The notes under the pieces: generated by a model
Database searches by the model: none
What the model was told of the DNA's origin: nothing
The model's input: the letters and a program-made list of their open reading frames with translations, nothing else
From: Candidatus Nanohaloarchaea archaeon
GTDB taxonomy: Archaea; Nanohalarchaeota; Nanosalinia; Nanosalinales; Nanosalinaceae
Assembly (NCBI GenBank): GCA_046497485.1
Contig: JAWOFP010000048.1
Location: 1-20,555 of the forward strand
DNA: 20,555 bases
Direction of reading: 5' to 3'
Part shown: piece by piece, positions 9,172-17,293 of the stretch
Position numbering within the stretch: the stretch's first letter is position 1
How the letters are laid out: each line of letters begins with the position of its first letter
Translations under genes and position numbers: made by a program

Positions 9172-10686
9172 ATGAGTCAGGAACTCGGGATTACGGTCGA
9201 TAAGCATCAGGATACTTCAGAATGGTATACACAGGTAGTACAGAAAGCAGGCCTTGCAGATTATGCGCCTGTAAAGGGTTGTATGGTGATTAAGCCCTAT
9301 GGCATGAAGCTGTGGGAATCGATCAAGGAAGACTTTAATGATAAGATTACTTCGACGGGTGTGGACAATGCTTACTTCCCGCTATTCATCCCTGAGTCCT
9401 ATCTTGAAAAAGAAGAGGATATAGTTGAAGGATTTGACCCGGAAGTTGCCTGGGTCACCCATGGCGGTGAGGAAGAGTTAGAGGAACGACTTGCTGTAAG
9501 GCCTACCTCCGAGTCTATAATCGCACCTTTCATGAGTGATTGGATCCGCAGCCACCGCGATCTACCGCTTAGATTAAATCAATGGGCCAATGTAGTCAGG
9601 TGGGAAGCGACCGATACTAGGCCTTTCCTCAGAACCAGAGAATTTCTCTGGCAGGAAGGACACACAGCACATGCAACAGAAGAAGAAGCAGATAAAGAGA
9701 CAATGCTGAGACTTGAACAGTACCAGGAAGTAATTGAAGACCATTTAGCTATACCAAGTATTTTGGGTTACAAGCCGGAACACGACAAGTTCCCTGGCGC
9801 AAAATATACTACAACAATCGAAACCTTGATGCCTGACGGAAAAAGCATTCAGTCAGGAACCTCTCATCAGCTTGGGCAGCATTTTGCCGAGGCCTTCGAC
9901 ATAAAGTTTGAAGATGAAGAATCCGAAGAACAGACAGCTTGGACCACAAGCTGGGGTCTCTCAACTAGAACAATCGGAGCATTAATCATGGCGCATGGAG
10001 ACGACGATGGACTAAGATTGCCGCCAGAAGTTGCTCCAACACAGATAGTAGTCGTCCCAATATTCCAAGAAGATAACCAAGAAGAAGTTATGGATTACGC
10101 AGAAGAAGTAGTTGAAGGCCTAGAAAATAGCTCTGGATGCGGCTGTGAGAGCTGCAGCTGCGGCTCAGATCTGCGTGTCAAGTTAGACGATCGGGAACAT
10201 AGAACGCCTGGCTACAAATTCAATGAATGGGAGCTGAAAGGAGTCCCGCTCAGAGTAGAGATAGGTCCTAACGAAGTAGAAGACGAAGCAGTTACAACCG
10301 TTAGAAGGGACAATGGGGAAAAAGAAATGGGGGTCGATAGAGAAGAATTCATTGATTCAGCAGAAGAAATTCTGGACGACATTCAGGCCTCAATGTATAA
10401 TGAGTTGGAAGAGTACTTGCAGGAAAATATTAGAGAAGCAAGCTCCAAGAATGATATTCTTTCAACTATTGGAAAGAATAGAGGCTATGTCAAGACCAAA
10501 TGGTGCGGAAAAGAAGAATGCGAGGAAGAAATCAAAGACCAGGTCTCAGCAGAAATTGTAGTCCTACCGTTCCAGGAAGACTCTAAACCAGCAACAATCC
10601 AGGCCTTAGAAGAAGAGATAGAAGGAGAATGCGCAGTCTGCGGACAAAAAGCAGAGAGATGGGCCTATTTCGCAAAGAATTACTGA
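9172..10686 (+). CDS. proS: Proline--tRNA ligase, archaeal/eukaryotic type
   Basis: Motifs SEWYTQVV, YFPLFIP, RPTSE, QWANVVRWE..TRPFLRTREFLWQEGHTAH, TSWGLSTR, HGDDDGLRLPP, PGYKFNEWELKGVP, the C-terminal Zn cysteines and terminal FAKNY. The ATG at 9172 (MSQELGIT) is preferred over 9097. Confidence 0.97.
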   Translation: MSQELGITVDKHQDTSEWYTQVVQKAGLADYAPVKGCMVIKPYGMKLWESIKEDFNDKITSTGVDNAYFPLFIPESYLEKEEDIVEGFDPEVAWVTHGGEEELEERLAVRPTSESIIAPFMSDWIRSHRDLPLRLNQWANVVRWEATDTRPFLRTREFLWQEGHTAHATEEEADKETMLRLEQYQEVIEDHLAIPSILGYKPEHDKFPGAKYTTTIETLMPDGKSIQSGTSHQLGQHFAEAFDIKFEDEESEEQTAWTTSWGLSTRTIGALIMAHGDDDGLRLPPEVAPTQIVVVPIFQEDNQEEVMDYAEEVVEGLENSSGCGCESCSCGSDLRVKLDDREHRTPGYKFNEWELKGVPLRVEIGPNEVEDEAVTTVRRDNGEKEMGVDREEFIDSAEEILDDIQASMYNELEEYLQENIREASSKNDILSTIGKNRGYVKTKWCGKEECEEEIKDQVSAEIVVLPFQEDSKPATIQALEEEIEGECAVCGQKAERWAYFAKNY

Positions 10687-10770
10687 CTAAACTCTTGCAC
10701 CTAAGTTGGGAAAAAGGAATTTCTCAAAATCTGCAAGCCATATTTAAAGTTTTAATTTAATGTTGTTATC

Positions 10771-11541
10771 ATGCAGTCACGATTTTATGATGTTGCTGAG
10801 GCAGGTTCAGAACTTGCGTATCAAGGCAATAATCAGGATTTACCTTTTGAGTTCTATGAAGAACTTGTAAGGGAAAATGATATTGAATCAAATAGTAGAT
10901 TGAGAGATACAAAAATTGATAATGTTGTTTTAGACTTAAGCACAGCACTTAGTGGTTACCTTAACCATTCTTGGTCTTCAGAATTTGATGTCGGAAGCGA
11001 TAGAGTATATGAAACATTAGATAGGGTATTTGGCTCTGATCTTGGACTCCACTGGGAACCAAGCGGAGAAGATTTTACTGAAGGAACATTTCATGATAAA
11101 ATAAATCCTAGAGAAATTTTTCAAAGTATAGCTCAGCTTTCCGATACAGCTGACATTTATTACCCTGATCATTTACAGGATGGATTAAAGGCAGCTAAAA
11201 ATAATCATTTATCAAATCTTAAAACCCAAGGTTTTAGCTCTTACCAAGAATTTGTTGCCAAGAAAGATGATTACAACAAATTTTGTTCACAGATTATCAC
11301 TGCATTAAATGAAGAAGCAATAGAACTTCATGCAATGAGAGATGCTGGAATGTACGAAGAAGCAAGTAACGGATACGACCATAATAGCTTCAATAGCCTG
11401 AGCTTCACTGAAGATGATGTTATTATAGATGCAGCAGCAGAATTAGATGGAAATACCGCAATTGCAACATTTGATAAAGACTTCATAAAATCTGATCTTG
11501 CAGCATTTCCGCCTCATTTAATTTCACAAATATGGAAATAA
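10771..11541 (+). CDS. Putative PIN-domain nuclease
   Basis: N-terminal VVLDLS and C-terminal SLSFTEDDVIIDAA...AIATFDKDF resemble the acidic PIN-fold motifs. The gene is AT-rich. Confidence 0.6.
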   Translation: MQSRFYDVAEAGSELAYQGNNQDLPFEFYEELVRENDIESNSRLRDTKIDNVVLDLSTALSGYLNHSWSSEFDVGSDRVYETLDRVFGSDLGLHWEPSGEDFTEGTFHDKINPREIFQSIAQLSDTADIYYPDHLQDGLKAAKNNHLSNLKTQGFSSYQEFVAKKDDYNKFCSQIITALNEEAIELHAMRDAGMYEEASNGYDHNSFNSLSFTEDDVIIDAAAELDGNTAIATFDKDFIKSDLAAFPPHLISQIWK

Positions 11542-11562
11542 TCTAGATCATCTTATAGAATC

Positions 11563-12834
11563 ATGATACTCAAAAACATTCGATATTTAGTCACTCAGAA
11601 CTCTGAGAGACAGATTTTGGAGAACATTGATTTGCAGATTCAAGAGGATAAGATTTCAGGCCTTGGCAGGAATCTTTCTACTGAAGGACATGAAGTAATT
11701 GATTGCAGTGATAAGGTTGTGATGCCTGGATTGGTTAATGCGCATACTCATGCTGCAATGACTTTGCTTAGAGGAATATCTGATAACAAAGAGTTACAGG
11801 CCTGGCTTGAGGAGGATATCTTCCCTGCAGAAGAAAAAATGGGTCCTAAGGAAGTTTACATTGGATCTCTCTTGGGCTGCGTGGAGATGCTTGAATCCGG
11901 TACAACTACTTTCAATGACATGTATGCTGAAATGGATGAAGTCGGTAGAGCCATTGATAGAACGGGTATAAGAGCTGTTCTCGGTAGAGGCCTTATGGAT
12001 ATGGACGATCGAAAGGATGAGAGAATGGATGATGCACTGGAGTTAATCAAGAGATTTGAAGATCATGATAGAATCAAAACAAATATTGCTCCGCACTCGA
12101 TCTACACTGCTTCTGAACAGCTTTTGAAAGAATCAAAGGAGGCCTCTGAAATTCTCGGGAAAAAGCTGCATACCCATGTCTCTGAAACGGAAAAGGAAAA
12201 CAGTGATTCAATGGATGAGAGAGGCCTTACTCCTGTCCAGTATTTGGATGAATTAGATCTTGTGAATGAGGATTTGATAGCGGCTCACTGCGTTCATTTG
12301 AAGGAAAGAGATAAAGAAATATTAAATGGTAAAAATGCAAGCATTGTTCACAATCCTTCCGCTAACCTAAAGCTTGGTTCTGGGATGGCTGACATACCTG
12401 AACTAGTTGACAGAGATATTAATGTAGCACTGGGCACGGATGGAGTGGCGTCAAACAATAATCTTAATTTATTTGAGGAAATGAAGATCGCTTCTATACT
12501 TCATAAGAGGAAAAGCCCGGAAAACATCACTGAGCGACAGGTTCTTGATATGGCTACGATTAATGGTGCAAAAGCTTTAGGCCTGGAAGATGAAATCGGT
12601 TCAATTGAGATAGATAAGAAAGCCGACTTGATAACTATTAATCTCAACAGGCCTGAAATGAATCCGGTTCACGGGAAGAGAGGAATAATATCTAACCTGG
12701 TTTATTCTTTCAGCGGGGATGTTGATGAGGTTATAGTTAATGGCGAACTAGTTTTAGATAAAGGAAGAATATTGGGTATTGAGGCCTCAGATTTATCTGA
12801 TTCTGTGAATAAATTAGGCGGAAGGATTAGATAG
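11563..12834 (+). CDS. mtaD: Amidohydrolase, 5'-methylthioadenosine/S-adenosylhomocysteine deaminase-like
   Basis: Motifs MPGLVNAHTH, APHSIYT, HTHVSET, AAHCVHL, HNPSANLKLGSG, ALGTDGVASNN and MATINGAKALG. Confidence 0.85.
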   Translation: MILKNIRYLVTQNSERQILENIDLQIQEDKISGLGRNLSTEGHEVIDCSDKVVMPGLVNAHTHAAMTLLRGISDNKELQAWLEEDIFPAEEKMGPKEVYIGSLLGCVEMLESGTTTFNDMYAEMDEVGRAIDRTGIRAVLGRGLMDMDDRKDERMDDALELIKRFEDHDRIKTNIAPHSIYTASEQLLKESKEASEILGKKLHTHVSETEKENSDSMDERGLTPVQYLDELDLVNEDLIAAHCVHLKERDKEILNGKNASIVHNPSANLKLGSGMADIPELVDRDINVALGTDGVASNNNLNLFEEMKIASILHKRKSPENITERQVLDMATINGAKALGLEDEIGSIEIDKKADLITINLNRPEMNPVHGKRGIISNLVYSFSGDVDEVIVNGELVLDKGRILGIEASDLSDSVNKLGGRIR

Positions 12835-14011
12835 CTATTATCTCTGAATTACTGTAGTCTGTTTCTGAAGCAGTTTCTTCAGCAGCCATTCCTGTCCCTC
12901 TAATGAATTCCGCTGCTTCTTCCACAAACTCTTTTTCTATCCTTTCTTTTGAAGGCCTGTACTGCATCTCTAATGCATCTCGGTTCTCTCCGTTAAAATC
13001 TATTTTCCCTGGATTGAATCCGCAGTACTCGAATCCTTCTCCTTCTAGTAATGTAGCAGCTCCCGGTAAATAATCGCTGTTAGCATCAAGTGTCAACCCT
13101 ATCCAGTAATCGTTACTTTCGCTACCGCTATTTTCCAGTCGTTCTTCCGCTGCTGATATTTCGTCCATTACATCTTCCCAGGTATAGTTCCCCATTTCTG
13201 ATTCGACTATTTCTATCTCAGCGAAGTTCATAGGGTCTTCAACTACCTTCGGTTTTACTTTGTAGGAACCATCTCTATGGTCAGATCCGGAATTGTTAAT
13301 CGTTCTTTCTATTCTTTCAAGACCTTCACTTCTTTTACTGTTGATATTTTCTCTACTTAATTCGACTATGTCTTCTGCCTCTTCTGGGACATATACTTCT
13401 GACTGATCGTTCTCAATTAAGCTATCGGCCCAGAGCATGTCAACTACTGTTACTCTTCCTTTCCCTTCGTAGGCTTGAGGGAACTTTTTGTCATACACTC
13501 CTGTAACTGCAAAATCGTGTTTGTCAGCGGTATGTTGAGTGGCTGCCGATTTATCAGCCAGTAACTGTGTATATATTATCTCAGATTGAGGTTCAGGCCT
13601 TGAGACCATGTCTTTCGCTGTCTCTAAACGATTCATGAATAATTCATCGTATACTGAGTTGTCTGAAGGCGTCCTTGAGTTTCTGTATTCTGGGTCTATA
13701 ATAGTTGATCCTAGTTCTAGAAGATTGTCCTGAAGTTTGAGAGATCCTACGCCTAAGAACTCATCATTGTTTTCGACAGTTCTCACTATCTCAGGGTTCT
13801 CTTGACGATCCCATCCAGCTCTTATTTCTTCAGGTTTCTCAGCGCCTCTAAGTTGATCATTCATATCATTTAAGAACTCTTCCAGCAGATCTGAATTAAC
13901 ATACATTCCATAGTAGTCTAGGTATTCTTCGATGAAAGTTTCTGTAATATTTTCTGCTTCTTCAGGCCTAGAAAGCCGTATTATCGGATCTATTTGCTGC
14001 GATTTTGACAA
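12827..14011 (-). CDS. GNAT-family acetyltransferase-like protein, start uncertain
   Basis: IRLSRPEE at the N-terminus; FLGVGSL...LELGSTIIDPEYR resembles GNAT motif A; GFEYCGFNPG near the C-terminus. The track start is TTG, and the 3' end overlaps mtaD by 8 bp. Confidence 0.6.
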   Translation of the reverse strand: MSKSQQIDPIIRLSRPEEAENITETFIEEYLDYYGMYVNSDLLEEFLNDMNDQLRGAEKPEEIRAGWDRQENPEIVRTVENNDEFLGVGSLKLQDNLLELGSTIIDPEYRNSRTPSDNSVYDELFMNRLETAKDMVSRPEPQSEIIYTQLLADKSAATQHTADKHDFAVTGVYDKKFPQAYEGKGRVTVVDMLWADSLIENDQSEVYVPEEAEDIVELSRENINSKRSEGLERIERTINNSGSDHRDGSYKVKPKVVEDPMNFAEIEIVESEMGNYTWEDVMDEISAAEERLENSGSESNDYWIGLTLDANSDYLPGAATLLEGEGFEYCGFNPGKIDFNGENRDALEMQYRPSKERIEKEFVEEAAEFIRGTGMAAEETASETDYSNSEIIAI

Positions 14012-14198
14012 GATTTATGCACCATGGGGTAATGTGTATTTTTTCATGTTTTAGTAAGTCACCTGTAGAATGTGTTTCTCCAAGCTGGGAAAAAGAGAAA
14101 CGTTATTCAGAAGTAATAGAAATAGCTAAAGCTGTCGATAAATCTAAAGATATTTGATTTACAGCTATTAACCATGTCTTAGAATCTTAATCTATTAT

Positions 14199-15269
14199 TT
14201 AAGTAACTTTTGTTATGAAAGCCTGAATACAGTCATAGTAGTCCTCGAGACTACTGATTACAAGATATTCTCCATCTTCATGAACATTATATCCTTCAGG
14301 ACCGAAGACTACTCCAGGAATTCCTTGCTGTGAAAAATGCCTTACATCGCTGGCAGGTTCTTTCCGCGTGATTTCAACTTGTTTATCTATAACGTCTTCA
14401 GATACAGATTTCAGTTTTTGAACAACGGAATTGCCAGCATCAGTATCAAGCATAGGATCTACAGCATTAATCTCAAAATTTAGGCCTTCAATATCCATTA
14501 TATCGTTCTCTATCTGTTCTGGATCATATTTTTCCGTATATCTGATATCTAGGCCTGCTTCGGCATAATCAGGGACGACATTTACTGCTCCTTTTGAAGT
14601 GAAATTTCCGAGATTAACTGTTGTGCCCCATTCCTCTTTCTCTGTGCTGAAGTTCTTCTTCAACTGAAAGTATTTCTCCCATAGTTTTTCTGCTGCGTTT
14701 TCACCGTTCCATGGTCTTGAGCCATGAGCATTTTTCCCTTCGGCGGAGATTGTTGCTCTGACTACTCCTTTCTGCTTGTTAATTATTTTCAGGTATCCAT
14801 CGGTATTGTTTGGCTCAGCGCTGATAACAAACTCTGGGCTGTAAAAATTTTCAACCAGGTATTTGGCTCCATTAAATCCTCCAACTTCTTCATCGGATAC
14901 AATCATCAGGCCTATTGATGGATGATATGTCTCCTTCAACACCTTCATTAAGCATGCAAGGCCTGACTTCATATCTGCTGAGCCTCTGCCGTAGAGCCTA
15001 CCATTTCTTTCAACAGGGTTGAACATTTCATCTTCTCCATCTACTACATCTAAATGTCCATGAAGCATTAATTCTGGGTCTTCAACATTTTTTACAACTA
15101 GGCTCTTTACCCCCTCTTTTTCATGTTCAGAGATTTTCAGTCCTGAACTTTCAAAATATTCTCTGATATAGTTTAAGGCCTTATCAAATTCCTCGTTATT
15201 TCCCTTAACTGTTTTGAACTTGATTATGTCTTCTGTGACATGGAGTATTTCATCTTCAGCTGAGTTCAT
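14199..15269 (-). CDS. M20 family metallopeptidase/deacylase (ArgE/DapE-like)
   Basis: Motifs HGHLDVV, LYGRGSADMKSG, SDEEVGG, AEP, GKNAHGSRPW, SDVRHF and C-terminal VFGP...NVHEDGEY. Confidence 0.92.
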   Translation of the reverse strand: MNSAEDEILHVTEDIIKFKTVKGNNEEFDKALNYIREYFESSGLKISEHEKEGVKSLVVKNVEDPELMLHGHLDVVDGEDEMFNPVERNGRLYGRGSADMKSGLACLMKVLKETYHPSIGLMIVSDEEVGGFNGAKYLVENFYSPEFVISAEPNNTDGYLKIINKQKGVVRATISAEGKNAHGSRPWNGENAAEKLWEKYFQLKKNFSTEKEEWGTTVNLGNFTSKGAVNVVPDYAEAGLDIRYTEKYDPEQIENDIMDIEGLNFEINAVDPMLDTDAGNSVVQKLKSVSEDVIDKQVEITRKEPASDVRHFSQQGIPGVVFGPEGYNVHEDGEYLVISSLEDYYDCIQAFITKVT

Positions 15270-15294
15270 CTATTTCTATTTTAGTTTTCATGAA

Positions 15295-16458
15295 TTATTT
15301 GATTTTGGATCCGAAGTATCCTGTCAGTAAAATGCATAATGCGATGAATGATAGGCTGTACTCGAAGAATATAGGCCTGTAGTTTAGGAAAATCATTAGT
15401 GTTACTGTGATGACGGTTACTTTTCCTATTCCAAAGAATATCTGTCTCATCATGAAGTATTCTATCAAGTCTTTTTCCTGGGCTCTTCTTGAGGCCTTTG
15501 TGAAGATAGGTAGATTAACCAGGGTATATGTTAATCCGTGAAGTGTCGATACTATAAGCGCTTGAAATGTTGAAGTTACTTGAGACATTAGAACTAATGT
15601 TATAGCTGCTAATACTGCGCCTGTAACCAGTACTTTAGGCCTATTATTTTCGTTCATGTATCTTCCTACTGCAAAACTAGTAGCTGCGCCTCCGACTGCT
15701 ATCAGTGTTCCAGCGCCTCCAATCTCTAGACTTCCTCCTATAACAATAGCCAGATAAATGGGCCAGACTATTTTTTCTCCTACGCTGTGTGCGCCTTCAA
15801 AACTATAGGTTAGAACTTCGCTTAATTCTAAGTCTTTAAAGAATTTAATGAAATCGACTTCCATTCCTTTACGGTGCTCTAAAGTAAAAAATAGAGGAAT
15901 GAAAGATGAAAACATGAGTAATGCGGCTGATCCAAATAAATGATTGAATGTACCGTAGAACAGGATTAGGCCTCCGGTTAATGGAGATATTATAGCTGCT
16001 AGAGAGGGCATTGAGAAGAATAGGCCTGCTTCAGACTCTGTCTGTTCTTTATCGCTTCCTTCAGCGAATTCGGGGTTCATTCCGGCCCAGTAAAGATTGA
16101 ATCCTGCTCCGCCTATAACTGCGGAGAGTTATAAGATATTTGTGACATCAGCAGCTCTAAGAATTAAGTAAAATGACAGAATAAATATTGAAGATATTAG
16201 AGAGATATGTTTGTAGCCTATCTTAGATGTCAAGATACCGAATGGATATGGAACTAGAATGCTCATTCCATAATAAATCATGAAGAAGTAGAAAACTGAT
16301 GTAACTGGGAATCCTGCTTCAAGTATGTAAAAAGGAATGAAAATTGCGATAAGGCCTTCAGCGAACTTGAACAAAAATCTGTGTAATAAGATTTCTTCTA
16401 CTTCCGTCCTGTTTTTCAGGAAGTTGGCTGGGCGTGAGTTTTGTAATCCGTTTAACAC
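15295..16458 (-). pseudogene. MFS transporter interrupted by a single in-frame TAA at 16129-16131
   Basis: Track ORFs 16129..16458 and 15295..16080 are in the same frame. The linker reads NIL*LSAVIGGAGFNLYWAGMNP with no other stop. The joined length is about 387 codons, multi-TM, with the MFS motif-A-like GILTSKIGYK. Confidence 0.8.
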
Positions 16459-16518
16459 ATTTTGAATTACAGTTTGCGTGTATTTATTAGGATGCCAAGA
16501 CTTAGGCTAACTGATTAC

Positions 16519-16597
16519 CTATATAAATTTGAACCGAGAATTGTAGTATAGAAGGTTGGTTATTGACCTGAAATTTTTCTAGTTCGGTGATATATTT
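16519..16597 (+). promoter_or_regulatory. psmB promoter and Shine-Dalgarno site
   Basis: TATATAAA at ~16520-16527 and GGTGA at 16586-16590, 7 nt before the ATG. Confidence 0.5.
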
Positions 16598-17236
16598 ATG
16601 GATAATAAAGAAGATGATAAGGTAGAAGAGTTCAAAACAGGGACTACAACAGTCGCATTAACAACAGAAAACGGTGTAATTCTTGCAGCAGATAGAAGAG
16701 CCTCAATGGGGCATTTAACTGCTTCAAAATACGCCAAAAAGATTTACAAATTGGACGACAATCTAGGCCTGACAATTGCAGGAAGCGTTGGAGACGCCCA
16801 AAGAATCGTTCGAATGATGCGATCCCAGTTAAAGCTTCACAGACTGGAGACAAAAGAACTTTCAGTCAAAGGCGCAGGAACACTTCTATCAAACATTTTA
16901 CACAGCAGTAAAATGATGCCTTACATGAACCAATTCATCCTTGGAGGCCTAGACGACGGAGAAGGAGTACTTTACGACTTGGATCCGGCAGGAGGCCTAA
17001 TGGAGCACAGATACTTTACAGCTACAGGTTCAGGAAGCCAGATGGCATACGGAGTCCTTGAAGACCATTACGAAGAAGGAATGGACCATGAAGAAGGTAA
17101 AGACCTTGCTCAGAGAGCCGTCAAATCCGCTATGGAGAGAGACACCGCATCCGGAAACGGAATCATGGTAGCTGAAATCACAGAAGATGGATTCAACATA
17201 GTTGAAGAAATGGAAGCAAAACAGGTAATGGAGTAG
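16598..17236 (+). CDS. psmB: Proteasome subunit beta
   Basis: Propeptide ending KTG followed by catalytic TTT; AADRRASMG, TIAGSVGDAQ, ATGSGS..AYGVLE and ERDTASGNG. Confidence 0.97.
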   Translation: MDNKEDDKVEEFKTGTTTVALTTENGVILAADRRASMGHLTASKYAKKIYKLDDNLGLTIAGSVGDAQRIVRMMRSQLKLHRLETKELSVKGAGTLLSNILHSSKMMPYMNQFILGGLDDGEGVLYDLDPAGGLMEHRYFTATGSGSQMAYGVLEDHYEEGMDHEEGKDLAQRAVKSAMERDTASGNGIMVAEITEDGFNIVEEMEAKQVME

Positions 17237-17293
17237 GCCTGTCACATAAACTACTCTTTATCTAATTATAATCAGAGGTTTTAATTCTTGACA

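Noticed and set aside
8977..9207. 76-aa Arg-rich minus-strand ORF in the track
   Set aside because: It overlaps the proS start and is highly basic in an acidic proteome. It is an alternative frame of the real zinc-finger gene at 8991..9119.
14015..16131. Possible TAA stop-codon reassignment suggested by two in-frame TAAs
   Set aside because: TAA cleanly ends several genes here (both lipoproteins after the shared GLN, the giant protein, the M20 peptidase), so reassignment is unsupported.
236..17245. Other short track ORFs nested in or antisense to long genes (for example 236..445, 2215..2478, 4368..4631, 7551..8036, 10313..10561, 16644..16853)
   Set aside because: They overlap well-supported CDSs, have no recognisable motifs and have atypical composition.
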